Below are positions 33,671 through 56,568 of a DNA stretch of 64,000 nt, piece by piece (the stretch's first letter is position 1; every line of letters begins with the position of its first letter). Location of the stretch: NCBI RefSeq assembly GCF_009914755.1, contig NC_060932.1; one strand, given 5' to 3'. The notes under the pieces were generated by a model. That model worked only from the letters and a program-made list of their open reading frames with translations. It was not told the origin of the DNA and searched no databases. Origin of the DNA: the human T2T-CHM13v2.0 reference genome, Homo sapiens. The translations under genes were made by a program, and so were the position numbers.

Positions 33671-34121
33671 TTTCAGTAGCATTTATGTTCCATTTCATAA
33701 CATGAATGTTACTAAAACTGATAAAAATTTTATCCTGAAAAGTTTTAACTTGATAGACGTGTAAGAGGAAAGCCTTCCAATTTAATTTCCTGTGTGCTGA
33801 TAAATCTATTAAATACTTCAAGTCAGAGTGCCAAAAAGTGTCACAGAATTCCCGAGATGGCCACAGATATTCACAGATCTTGAATATTTCTCTTTAAGGG
33901 GGAAATGACAGGGAATCTTGGCGGCCTCTATCTCTAGGTCTTTGGAAGGACTTTAGAAATAATCTAGATTGGCCAATGTTCAATGTTAACGCAGAACTTT
34001 TAGAAATGAAAGAGGCCTTAATCTACAGCCCCAAAAGTAGATACCATGTCACACAGCAAGAAAATTATCTGTGATTTTTTTATTATTATTATTATTGTTA
34101 GACTTACGCTGGGCTTTGACG

Positions 34122-35080
<959 letters not shown>

Positions 35081-35779
35081 ACCCCAACAGCTTGAAGAGT
35101 ATGCAAGACCTTTTAGTCTCAGGGGTTGATTTGATTCAAACGGAGGACATCCAGATTGTGGCCCAGAAAAACCCATTTTTTACATCCACATTCAAAAATG
35201 CAAAAATATGTATGCTGCTAATCATATATGTATGCTATTAATCATATGATCTCTTATCAAATACTGCCCTGGCGTAGTCTGAGATGTAGCAGTCCAAGTA
35301 GCGGAGGCGGGGGGGTGAATCTGGTGGTTTCAGCTGACCACAAGAGCTCCCAGCATGCTATGGGAGCTCAGATGGTGAAGAAGTGCAGTCCTAGGCTACC
35401 TTAGGAGCGCTGAAAGGCCACACCCAAGAAGAGATGCTCGTCTGTCACATGGAAGTCAGACCACACAGGAGCATAACCTTCAGGTCTGAAGCCTTGATGG
35501 CAGCTCCTCCAGTCTTACCTGCCCTGGACAAGTCACTTTGGTGTAAGTGTTGGGCTGTGCCTGAAAGGACAGGACTTGCCAGATACCACAGCACCGAAGT
35601 TTCTCCATTCGATGGGAGAGAGCAATGAAATCATTTTAAAACATTGGCTCTGTCAAAGAATTATGTTTTGAAACCTGCTTTGTAAAACTCTTTTTTTTTT
35701 TTTTTCAAAGTAATTGCCCTGGTCTTTTTCTGTCACTGTAATTTAACTTGAACTCATGTCCTCCGTGGGCTAATGGTAT

Positions 35780-36860
35780 TGGTTCCATACAATGGTTAAT
35801 CCAGTGCTTCCTGGAACACAGGAACTGCAGTAGGTGTGTGAGGGACACAGACATTGGCCTTAAATGGCCTGCTTTATGGTGACAAGTACAATGACATAAG
35901 GTACAGCAAGGAAACTGTTACAGGGAGAAAAAAATAGGTATGAAGTATGGTTAGGAGGACAGGAAAGGAGATAAGGAGAAAAAAAAAAGCTTCCTAAATA
36001 AAGTGACATTCAGATTTGGCCTTAAAGAATGGACAGGTCAGTGGCAGCCAAAAAGGAGACATCAAGGAGAAGTTTCAGGAATGGAGTACAGTCAGGGCGG
36101 AGGAGGGCAGGGAAATATGGGGTCATCAAAGGACAGAGCCCCCCAGACTTGTAGAATGAGGGCTGGAGCCTGCCTCTGAAACGCCAGGAAGGCACATTGT
36201 AATGGATCGCTGGGCGCCCCACCAGGGTTTCTGCTCTGGGGTGTAGATCTGGAATGGAAGTGAGGAATGGCAGCTGACATTGCTAGTCAGGGACCCCCTT
36301 TCAGACCCAGTGGATGTCCAGGTGCTGAGCGGCGGGAAACCTGGTAAGGCAGCGTGAGGCCACGCCTTGGAGAGAAGGTACTGTCCCAGGTGAGCGTGAG
36401 CTTCTCATACCGTGCTGGTGGCAGCACTCCACGGTGGAGGACGGCCTCTCCAAGGAGCGCAGCACAGAGGTGACGCACCATGGCCCAGAGCCACACTGCT
36501 GGTGTCCCAGCCCAGCTCTGCGTATCGTGCTCAGCTGCAAAGTGGGGATGATGAGAGTCCTTACCTCATAGGGCTGTTGTGAGGAATAAATGCAAGGATA
36601 TTTCATTTTAAGCCAGGCATATAGTGAAGCCAATGTTTGTGAAATAAAGACATGAAATCAAGAAGTTTGTTGAATCGAGATGTTAAATAAGATGCAATGT
36701 CGGAAAAGCATGTTATGAATTCCAGTCAGTGGGCAGTGTGAGGGAGAGATTGAAGGAAATCCTATGAAGAGGCCATTATGGCGGTCCCAATGGAGGAGAA
36801 ATGAGAGCCCAAGCTCCATGTGGCCTGCTGTGGGAGATGTTCTAGCAGCAGATCCTCTGA
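35780..36860 (-). mobile_element. Degenerate L2 with a MIR fragment (+, ~36510-36650)
   Basis: Purine-rich antisense L2-like sequence; MIR core ctcagctgcaaagtggggatgatg...acctcatagggctgttgtgagga. Confidence 0.5.
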
Positions 36861-36968
36861 GGGTGTTCTCCAGCACCCAGAGATTGAGTTTCTCTGGATT
36901 TGGGGTAGGGTGCAAAAGTCTGCTTGTTTTTTGTTTTGTTTTGTTTTTAACACCTCCGCCATCTGTGA

Positions 36969-37457
<489 letters not shown>

Positions 37458-37533
37458 CATGACATTGATTCTAGTATTCAAATAAGAACTCTGAAGAAAC
37501 TCAACTAGGGAATTAGATTTTGGGGTTGGCAGC

Positions 37534-37908
37534 TATTATGAGTTGAATTTTGTTCCCCAAAAATGACGTTCTGAAGTCCTAACTGCCAGTACCTTATGTG
37601 ACCTTACCTGCAAATAGGGTTAATATAGATGTAACTGGTTAAGATGAGGTCACACTGGAGTAGGCTGGCCCCTAATCCAGTATGACTGGTGTCCTTATGA
37701 AAAGAACCATGGGAAGAGTCAGACGCACATAGAAGGAAGACTATGTGAAGAGCCTGGGAGAAGACGGCCATCGCCAAGCCAAGAAGAGAGGCTGGAACAG
37801 ACCTTCCCTCAAGCCCTCAGAGAAACCAACCCTGCCGACACCTTGATCTCAGGCTCCCTGTCCCCAGAACTGTGAGAGGAGGAATTTCTGCTGTGCGGGC
37901 CACCCACT
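37534..37908 (+). mobile_element. MLT1B-like MaLR LTR
   Basis: tatgagttgaattttgttccccaaaa...taagatgaggtcacactggagtagg...aaccctgccgacaccttgatctc...ccagaactgtgaga. Confidence 0.8.
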
Positions 37909-37974
37909 TTTTGGCCCCCAGGGCCCGGGGCAAGGGCTCCATGAGGAGTGGCTGCTCGACACTGCGTTTACATG

Positions 37975-38494
37975 TGGGTTTTATTATTACTCAGGTGTGG
38001 TGAAACCAACAGATGAGGAGACAACTGTTGTTGAAAAGAGAGTTTGCTACTCACAGTTCTCAAGAGGAGGAGGTTCACCACACCATGCAGGCCACACAGG
38101 GAAGCACCAGGGTGGGTCAGGAGGCAGAGGGAGCCAAGGGGAAATGTGGGAAAGAGCTTTTATTGTGGTTTCCACGGGAAGGACCCAGCAGGTAAGCAGA
38201 TTCAGGGTTGGCTGGTTTGAATAGTTTAAGGGCTGGGGCATAGGGGCTGTCCCTAGTCACTTGGTTCTGGCCCTGGGGGATTAGGAGGGCAGATAAAGGT
38301 AGAACCCCACAGAGGAGGGGGTGGGAATGGGCGGCTCCGGATTGGTTGCTTTGCATTTGAGTGGTGAGCTCCCCGGTGAGTTGTTTGCTCTCTCTAGGAG
38401 TCCGCTACCCTGGAAGGGGCAGTATCTCCAGGTCAGCAGGGCCCCAATGTCAAAGCATCAGAATATAGGAAATAAAAAACATGCTTAAGGCACA
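37975..38494 (-). mobile_element. ERVL LTR (MER54/MER74-like)
   Basis: Reverse complement tttcctatattctgatgctttgacattggggccctgctgacc...atgcaaagcaaccaatcc, with internal aataaa. Confidence 0.65.
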
Positions 38495-39147
38495 TGTCAA
38501 AGGCAGCAGCAGGGCAGGGGAACAAAAACAGGGCAGACCAGGGAGGGGTTTTGTCCTCAGAAGGGCGTAAGTTCCCTGAGGGCAGGGATTGGGCCACACT
38601 GGCCTCTCACCCCCAGCACTTAAAGTGCCTCTGAAACAAGCTATTTTTGCAAAGTGGCAGCAGAAAGAAAGGCTTGCAAAGGGTTAAAGAGAAGGGAGAA
38701 AAGGGAATGTCCCTGCTGAGATAGCCAGGAAGGAAGAGGAGAAGGGCAGAGATGCTGGGCCTCAGGTGGGGCCGGTGGATGGCTCCATCTGTGCAGCAGA
38801 GGCAGCCACGCAGCATCCTGGAAGCCCCAGAACTGACCGTACACACAGAGCAAACAGCTCAGAACAGCTGAAGGAAGTGTGGGAGAAATGAGCGAATAGA
38901 AGTCCTGCACCATGGTGCCATTAGAGCCACACACTGGCAGAAAGCCGTGGTAGCTTCCCTGGGACATCCTGGTGGTTGCTCTGAGCCATCGGTGTGCACT
39001 GCCAAGCATGCACATCCTGCCCAGTGTGGAAGCCGTGCTCTGGCCATCTCCAAGACAGCACTCGCCTCCGATCCTGGATCTTTTTACCAGGATGCTCGTG
39101 GTAAAAACAATGTCAGCCAGCACCAAGGACTTCTGCTGAAGCTCAGC

Positions 39148-39525
39148 ATCTTAGTTTGCTAGGGCTGCCATAACAAAGTACCACAGACCAGGAGGCTTCA
39201 ACAATAGACATTTATTCTTGCCCAGTTCTGGAGGCTACAAGTGGAAATCAAGGTGCAGGCAGGGCTGCTTTCTTCTCGGCCTCTGCCCCTGCCTAGCCCT
39301 CCCGAGGCCTTCTCCCTGTGCTTCTCAGTCTTCTCTTCGTGTGAGTCGTGTCCAAATTCCCTCTTATAACAGCACCAGTCCTGGAAGATGAGGGCCCATC
39401 CAAATGACCTCATTTGAACTGAATGACTGCTGTAAAGACCCTATCTCCAAATGCAGTCACATTCTGAGGCACTGAAGCTGAGGACTTTGATGTATGAATC
39501 GTGGGGACACATTCAGCCCACAACA
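39148..39525 (-). mobile_element. MLT1B-like MaLR LTR
   Basis: ttagtttgctagggctgccataacaaagtaccacagac...ccctatctccaaatgcagtcacattctgagg...cagcccacaaca. Confidence 0.82.
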
Positions 39526-39784
39526 CCCAGTCTCTCAGAAAACAGAGGCAACCAGAGCACATCAGACTGCGCCGATGCGTGAGGACGCCAAGCTTTCCCC
39601 AACTCAGCCCTGGCCTCCTGCGGGGACAGTTCACAGCCTGGTCACTGCCATGGCCCCTTTTGCAGCCCAGCCACAGGCCTGGGGCCTGGGTGGCCCGTGT
39701 GAGCCTCCCTGAGCCTGGGTTTACTGAAGACTTGTTCTGCCTGGTTTGGGGACCGTTGCATCTCAACTCAGAAAAATGATTTGA

Positions 39785-40115
<331 letters not shown>

Positions 40116-40833
40116 CTAGTAAGTGGGAAGGGGTGTCACTAAAATCACTGCGAACACTGGGTGGTGATGCAGTTTACAAGAAGGAAATGTGATTGTCGGG
40201 GCCAGTGCAGTGGCGCGGCCTCACTGGCTGCTTCGTGGGGGCTTAAAACCAGGACAGTTTAAGCCAGAGAGAGAGAAGCGAGAGAGGGGCAGCATCTCCT
40301 CAAATACTCCTCTGGCTCCCTGAGCAGTTGCCCAGCTGGGCCTGTCAGCTCCTCAGGCAGCAGGACCCCAGCTTCAAACAGGATGGTGGAGTTGCAACTG
40401 TGCGAGGGCCATGCCACCCCCTTGATAGACACTCATCTTTCCTCTGGTCATGGAAAAACACTATGTACACACTCGTGTCAGCCACATTCTTGCGCCCACA
40501 TAGGCAGAGGTAGTAATTACTGTCCTGAGTGATCACCTTCCACTATGTCATTATTCCAGGGGGTATGTAAATATTCCAGGCTTTTTTTTTTTTTTTTTTA
40601 ACATAAAATGATTTTGGGAGCCAGAACTCTTTGCTATTATTTCTTGGCACAATCCTCAGAGATTGTGTATTTCGTTGTCAGTGTTGTTGTTTAAAACCAT
40701 TTACCTTTCCTAAAGAAACCAGAACTCTTGGACAAGAAATGGGAGTGAATTATTCTCAATCTTGGAAAATGTATAACAATAGAATACCATAATCTCTTTT
40801 ATCAGTTTATTCAGTCAACCAATATTTATTTAT

Positions 40834-41154
40834 TGGCGAGGCAAAGTGGCTCACGCCTATAATCCCAGCACTATGGGATGCCGAGGCAGGTGGGTCACTT
40901 GAGCCCAGAAATTTGAGACCAGCCTGGGGAACATAGAGAAACCCCATCTATACTAAAAAAAAAAAAAAATTACAAAAATTAGCCAGGAATGGCGGTGCGC
41001 ACCTATAATCCTAGCTACTTGGGAGGCTGAGGCACGAGAATCACTTGAACCCAGGAGGTGGAGGTTGCAAAGACCTGAGATCATCCCACTCCACTCCAGC
41101 CTGGGCAACAGAGAGAGACCCTGTCTCAAAAAAAAAAAAAAAAAAAGAAAAAAA
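40834..41154 (+). mobile_element. Alu (J/old S)
   Basis: Dimeric Alu with expanded mid A-run; abuts the 7SL pseudogene tail-to-tail. Confidence 0.9.
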
Positions 41155-41173
41155 ATTATTTATTATCTAAAAT

Positions 41174-41957
<784 letters not shown>

Positions 41958-42012
41958 TGATGACCTACTGTTTGTCAAGCCCTGTGCTGGGTGCTGGGAC
42001 TAGTTGGAATGT

Positions 42013-43745
42013 ACAGTGACTTAGGGTATAATAATCTGTTTTGGTCAATGATGATGGTCTCATAAGATTACAAAGGACCTGAAAAATAGCCGTCATAATG
42101 TCTGCCTTACCTGTTTGTGGTGATGCTGGTATAAACAAACCTACTGCACGGCCAGTCATATGAAAGTACAGTGCGGCTGGGCACGGTGGCTCACGCCTAT
42201 AATCCCAGCACTTTGGGAGGCCGAGGCGGGCGGATCACGAGGTCAGGAGTTCGAGACCAGCCTGACCAACATGGTGAAACCCCGTCTCTACTAAAAATAC
42301 AAAAATTAGCCAGGCATGGTGGCGCACGCCTGTAATCTCAGCTAGTTAGAAGGCTGAGTCAGGAGAATTGCTTGAACCCGGGAGGCGGAGGTTGCAGTGA
42401 TCTGAGATCATCCCACTGCACTCCAGCCTGGGCGACAAAGGGAGACTCCACTTCAAAAAAAAAAAAAAAAGTACAGTGCATAGGATTATGCACAGTACAT
42501 GATACTTGATAATAAACGACAGTTCCTGCTTTCTGTATTTACTGTATTATACTTTCTACTGTCATTTTATTTTATTTTTTGAGACAGAGTCTCGCTCTGT
42601 CATCCAGGCTGGAGTGCAGTGGCACCATCTTGGCTCACTGCAACCTCTGCCTCCCGGGTTCAACCAATGCTCCTGCCTCCAGCCTCCTGAGTAGCTGGGA
42701 TTACAGGCACCTGCCACCACACTCAGCTAATTTTTGTATTTTAATAGAGACAGGGTTTCTCCATGTTAGCCAGGCTGGTCTTGAACTCCTGATCTCCATT
42801 GATCCGCCCGCCTCAGCCTCCCAAAGTCTTGGGACTACAGGCGTGAGCCACTGCATCTGGCCTTTATCATTATTCTAGAATGTACTCCTTCTGCCTCAGG
42901 CAGGTCCTCCAGGAGGTGTCCAGAAACAGCACTGTTATCACAGGAGATGACAGCTACATGCTTGTCCTTCCAGTGGAACAAGATGTGGAGGTGGAAGACA
43001 GTGATATTGATGATTCCCGACCCTGTGCAGGCCTAGGATAATGTATGTGTTTGTTTCTTCTTGTTAAAAAACAAGAAGGTTTAAAAGGTTAAAATTTTTT
43101 TTAATAATTTAAAAATAGAAAAAAGCTTATAGCATAAGGATATAAAGAAAATATTTTTGTACAGCTGTACAATGTGTTTATGTTTTAAGCTAAGAGGTAT
43201 TACAAGAGTCGAAGAGTTTGAAAATTTAAGTTTATAAATTTAAAAAGTTATAGTAAACTAGAGCTAATTTATTATTGAAGAAATACATTGTTTTCATAAA
43301 TGTAGTGTAGCCTAAGTGTGCAGTGTTTATAAAGTCTACAGTGGTGCACAGTAATGTCCTAGGCCTTCACATTCACTCACCACTCACTCACTGACTTACC
43401 CAGAGCAACTTCCATCCTGCAAGCTCCACTCATGGTAAGTGCCCTAGATAGATATACCATTTTTTATCTTTTATGCCGTATCTTTACTGGACCTTTTCTA
43501 TATTTCGAGATGTTTAGATACACAAACATTTACCATTGGATTACAGTTGCCTACAGTATTCAGTACAGTAGCCTGAGGTACAGGTTTGCAGTCTAGGAGT
43601 AATAGGCTGTACCATATAGCCTAGGTGTACAGTAGGCAGGACCGTCTAGGTTTGTGTAAGTATACTCTATGATATTCACATGACAAAATCACCTAATGAC
43701 ACATTTCTCAGAACATATCCATGTCTTCAAGTGACACATGACCGT
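42013..43745 (-). mobile_element. Tigger3 (Golem/MER7) DNA transposon fossil with two nested Alus (42175-42470 +, 42565-42862 -)
   Basis: Terminus cacatttctcagaacatatccatgtcttcaagtgacacatgaccg|ta matches the Tigger3 TIR; internal cacattcactcaccactcactcactgac; TSD aaagtacagtgc around the first Alu. Confidence 0.85.
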
Positions 43746-43782
43746 ATTTTAAAGAATACCTAGGCAGAAACATCACCCCCCC

Positions 43783-43784
<2 letters not shown>

Positions 43785-43814
<30 letters not shown>
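43785..43814 (+). repeat. (CA)15 microsatellite
   Basis: Read directly. Confidence 0.95.
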
Positions 43815-43818
<4 letters not shown>

Positions 43819-43885
43819 CCCATAGTGGTTTATGTTATTTAGCTCTCCAAACAGCAGCTTCCCATCTGTCTTTAAAAATATTCTA

Positions 43886-46598
<2,713 letters not shown>

Positions 46599-47084
46599 CT
46601 AATTCACCCAATCACTATGTAGTAAAAGTCAGCTATGTGTCCAGAATCAAGCAATGCACTGAGTATACTTAAGGGAGAATGTTAGTCAATTATAAAGAGA
46701 AGGTTAATTGAACTATGTAGAATATTTTATATAAATGTAAGAAAGTGGAAAATGTTCGTAGTGTATTGTTAAATAGAAATAATCAGAATATACATTATTT
46801 AGAAAAAATAATTTGGCCTATTTTTAAAATAAAGTTAAAAAGTATGCCAAGTAATAAAAATGAAAACAGAAAATAAGAGAAGAAAAATAAAACATTTCGA
46901 GAGAACACACTGAAATAATAATAAATATTTTTCTTCTTCCTTTCATGTCTCTTTCAGTTTTCATTATTATATAGCACTTTAGTAAGAGAAATGCTTATAC
47001 AACAACAGGGCTAAATTCTATTTGTAGACTAAGCAAAAGCTGTCTATTAAAAAGTAAACAAGTTGCTAAAACAAACAAAAATCC

Positions 47085-47805
47085 ACGATGACAGGGATTT
47101 GTCAATGGGACACAGGAGCCAAGTAAAAGAGCCTCCAGGGGCCAAACGTGGAACAGTTTGAGTAACAAGATAAATAAAATAGTATTGGATTATAATCTGT
47201 AGTGTAAAATAAATATCCACGAGTCCACACTAGTATAAGTAAATAATTCAATAAATAAATAAATGGGAGAGAAGAGAAAAATTTCCAGTGCAGAAGAATT
47301 CAAATAATTTATGTAGATATTTTACCCTCAAGGAGCTGAAGCATAGCTCCCTGCTCCTTAGGTGCTCACTGTGCAAAGTGGCTTCCTTCCAGTGTGGAGG
47401 GAGGGAGGACGGTAACTGTGAAGTGGAGAAACCTCACAAATGCTTCCCCAGCCAGGTGATCAAGGTCAACATTAACAGTCATCTGTTATGTGGATACTAT
47501 GCACCCTTGACATGATGTGATGAAGACACACTACCTCTGTCGCCTTCATCCTGTAACCTCTTGCTAATCATGAGAAAAACACCAAACTCCAATAGAGGGG
47601 CATGCATACCCAACCAGTAGCTCTCAAAACCAGCAAAGTCATCAAAAGCAAAGAAAGTCTGAGAAACTGCCACTACTGGAAGAAGCCTAGGGAGACATGA
47701 CTTGATGACTCAAATGTAATGTGGGATCCTGAGACAGAAAAAGGACAATAGGTAAAAACTAAGGAGGTCTGAATAAAGTGTGGACTTCAGTTAATAATAA
47801 TGAAC
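47085..47805 (+). mobile_element. Old L1M (L1MC/L1MD-like) 3' UTR fragment
   Basis: gtcaatgggacacaggagcc...agtattggattataa...agccaggtgatcaaggtcaacat...tctgaataaagtgtggactt. Confidence 0.7.
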
Positions 47806-47807
47806 AA

Positions 47808-49520
<1,713 letters not shown>

Positions 49521-49854
49521 GATTATCTCTGTCACACTTTGGACTAAGAGATGTACCCATGTGTAGGAAATCATCTTCAAATAAGTTTTTTTTAATTATC
49601 ATTATTTTTTTTCCAGATTTCACTAATACTTAGTTGGTAGAGAGTGTAAAGGCATTGCTAGCAATATGTCCAGGTTATTCTAGGTGTTTTGGTTTGGCTT
49701 TTCACATAATAATTTCTTTTAGATTGGAGCTTAAAAAAAGGTTTCCTGAAAGCAAGAAACTTACTGCCTAACTTAAATAATGACATGTGTCTGCTAATAA
49801 TTTGTGCTATTAGTTGACATTTTTGCCCTGGAAATATTAAAACTATTCAGCTAA

Positions 49855-52540
<2,686 letters not shown>

Positions 52541-54431
52541 TACCACAGTACAAGAATTTGGACAAAGTTGATTTGACAGACAAACTTGATGATTACTGGA
52601 AAATTTTCCTTTCCAACTATGCCCTTGCCCTGAACCCCCTTCTTACCTGGAGCTTGCAACTTACTTTCCCCGTTCAGGGTGACTCTTACCCCACGCAGAT
52701 CCACCCTGAAATCAGGACTGCAAAGAGGTGCCCCTGAGCTAGGTGCCTTTCCATTGTCCACAGCACCAGATAAGTGATGCTTTGTTCTCCAGGTCTTGTC
52801 TTATTCATGGTGACATTTACCATATGGTATAAACACAGCTGGTTTTCCCTGATAGAGAAAGCTGAATAGTTTTCCCGGTGATAGAAATGAACAAAAAGTG
52901 AAGCCATCTGAGAAAGTGATGCCTCTGACCGAGGAAATAAGGGCATATAGGACAGTCAGCTGTCTGGTTGGGCAATGGCTCTGACATGCACTAGGAATCT
53001 GCAGAAAACCAAGAAGCAATTGACAAGTCTCTTACTGCAAGGCTCTAAACAGTGCAAACAACAGGTAAAACTACTAAAGAGGCTACACACAGGACACAGG
53101 TGACCTGCAACAGAGCTATCAGGCAGAAGGCCCTGTTTGCACCAATGCTCCAGACAAGTCCCCAGGGACACAAATCTAAGGGCTTCCTCCTGCCAGCTAC
53201 TCCCGGGGTACGATTCTTTTAAGTCCTTCCAGAAACATTTTCCTTTTCACAACATGAACACATCAGAACAACTATCAATGCTCGATCACGCTGCTCTCCC
53301 TCCTGAGCTAAAGCAGGTCCAGGTATAAGCTGGAGCCAATACCTGACAGAGCCCACAACTGCCCAAGGTACAAGAAACACTCCTGAGACTGACCCTCTAG
53401 GCCCCAGAAGGAGAATAGAGCCTGGGTTTTATGATGTCTGAAGATAGAGAACTTTTGTTTTGCAGTAACACAGGTTTTATGAGTATAGAGTTTGCTCTTT
53501 CGTCTCAAATTCCAGGACATGGTAAAGAAAAGACTGGGACTATTTTTGTGTTATCATGCTAATAAAAGCATGGGCAATGGTGCATTTCTGTGGAACTGGT
53601 GTTGTAAATGCTCTGTGCTCTGATGGTTTCCACTGATTTCACGGTTTCCAAACCTTGAGACCTATTGGTGTCAAGAGTGTTGGCACGTGGAGAAGAGAAT
53701 GAAACAAGCCTCCAATGCTTGCAACAGAGAGGCAGTTTTTCTGGGCTGGGAAAGGTGTACAGGACAGAAAGGAAAAATGCTGTGAGATGGAGATAGACTC
53801 CACAGCCAAGTCTCACAGAAATAGAAACAACGAAGTGTACTGGTAGGGCCTTCAAGAAGAAAGGGCTGGAAGGAGCGGCCTTTTGCTGTGCCAAGTTGTG
53901 CTTACTAAGAACAGTGAGTGGGTCCTTGGTGAGGAAGACAGAATTCATCTCCTCACCAGACAGCAGAGCCAGCAAAGGGCCAGGAGAGCTGACAGGCCAT
54001 GATGAGATGCAGCAGCAAGCCCAAGGGGCACGCTACAGGGCTCCCTGCAGTGATGTGTGGGCTCCGTGGGACTCTCCAATCACCGTCCACCAAGGACAGA
54101 GGTGACATTTGTTGTTACTGCATTTTGTTGGTTACACCCCATCTCTAAAGTGGAGATAAAGCCATCTACCTCAGAAGGCCATACGCAGGGGCCAGTGCAT
54201 GTGAAGATGTTTAACACAGGACCTGACACAGAACAGGCACTCAAAAAAGATTGTAATTTTCTTATCTAAGAAAGTGATGATAAGGATACTTGCAAGTGAG
54301 TAATGCCAGGCTATAACTGTCATGAGTATGTCTTCCTTATTTTGTTACGAATATGTTTGTGGGTCTGTATACACAGATTATTTCTTTCCTCTCTTATTCC
54401 CTTATCATGTAACATAACATGCAGTGACTTT

Positions 54432-55006
<575 letters not shown>

Positions 55007-55029
55007 TTATATCAATATTTAAGTATTGT

Positions 55030-55709
55030 TAATTTTACGTCATAGCATTTAATTTATGAACTATCAGGAGAAGAGTAAACATCACTCTAGGACTTTGCCT
55101 CCTCCTCCTAGGAAGGAGTTAGTGTGTTTCTCCTGGTACAGTGGAGTTGTATCATGTTAGACCCAAGTATGACCTTGTTACTCTCTTTATTTGGAGATGA
55201 AGTATGGTTTAAGGAGATGGTAAGAAGTGGACAAGAGAAGGACTGGGCTGGTTAACTTTTTGTGTCCACTTGACTGGGCTGAGGGAAGCTCATATCGTGG
55301 GGAAAACCATATTTCTGGGTGTGTCTGTGATGGACTTTAGAGGGGCTCACACTGGAATCGGGGAGGCTGAGTGAAGAAGCTCCCCTTCACAGCATGGGTG
55401 GGCGTCACTGATCTGCTGGGGGCCTGAACAGAGCAAAAGGTGGAGGAAGGCGCATTGGCTTTCTCTGCTTGAGCTGGGACATCCACCTCCTCCTGCCCTC
55501 AGACATGGAGCTCCTGGTTCTTGGGTCTTCAGACTCGGAAACCAGAACCCTCAGAACTCCCACGGTTGCAGACAGCAGATCATGGGACTTCTCAACCTCA
55601 TAATTGTGCGAGACAATTCCCAGAATAAATGTGTGGGGGGTGTGTGTGTGTGTATTTATATACACACATCTTATTGGTTCTGTTTCTTTGAAGGACTCTG
55701 ACTAATACA
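55030..55709 (+). mobile_element. ERVL internal 3' fragment (~55030-55243) plus MLT2 LTR (~55244-55709)
   Basis: gttgtatcatgttag...tggagatgaagtatggtttaaggagatg, a purine tract, then LTR tggttaactttttgtgtccacttgactgggct...ttattggttctgtttct...ctgactaataca. Confidence 0.8.
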
Positions 55710-56265
55710 GCAGCCAGTGGGCCTATTTTGTCAGGTGGGGCTCCAGCCAAGTGAAATATGACTTCCCCCCTCCCCTACAAGGCAACCAGGCACCCTCAGG
55801 CCATGACGTGGGGAGCATTTTCTACTCCTCACCTGCGCCTTACACCCAGGCAGCTCCCTGTCATCTCCTCTCTTCTTTGCAGAGTGCCCCTAGGATACCC
55901 AAGAATGAATTCCTCTCAATGGTGCCACCGCTGGGTCCATGCTTTGGGCTTTTGGCCTCCAAAACAGGATTCTCCTCAGCTCCCACTTCTTGCTCTCTCC
56001 AAAGATGAATACAAGGCCCTTTCTCCTTTAAAGATTTCTTATCATAGAGGAATAAAAATTACAAAATAGTCACCAACTCCTGACATAGTGACTGCTGGTC
56101 TGTAGTGCCCAAATTCTGAGCCAACAGAGAGAAGGTCCAATGGACCTGGGCTGTCCCTTCATGTCCCTTGAGACAGTGAGCTTTCAACAAGTACACCTCC
56201 CTTCACTCTCAACATCAGAAAGTGGGGTGGATTTAGTGGAATTTTCTTTGCAAAATGTTTATAAG

Positions 56266-56568
56266 GGTCAAGAGCTGTGGTTCACATTTACAATCCCAGC
56301 ATTTTGGGAGGCCAAGGTGGGCGGATCACTGGAGCTCAGAAACCAGCTTGGGCAACATGGGGAAACCTCACCTCTACAGAAAATACAAAAATTGGCCAAG
56401 TGTAGTGTCATGTGCCTGTAGTCCCAGCTACTTGGGAGGCTTAGGTGGGAGGATCAATTGAGCCCAAGAGGCGGAGTGAGCCAAGATCACACCTAGTGAG
56501 CCAAGATCACACCACTGTACTCCAGCCTGGGTGACAGAGCCAGACCCTGTCTCAAAAAAAAAAAAAAA
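56266..56568 (+). mobile_element. AluJ with internal 20-bp duplication
   Basis: TSD-like gtttataagg; agtgagccaagatcacacc occurs twice. Confidence 0.88.

Noticed and set aside
36300-36530. Locally CpG-richer patch as a CpG island or REST site
   Set aside because: Only ~200 bp, between L2 and MIR remnants; the cagcactccacgg sequence does not match the RE1 consensus.
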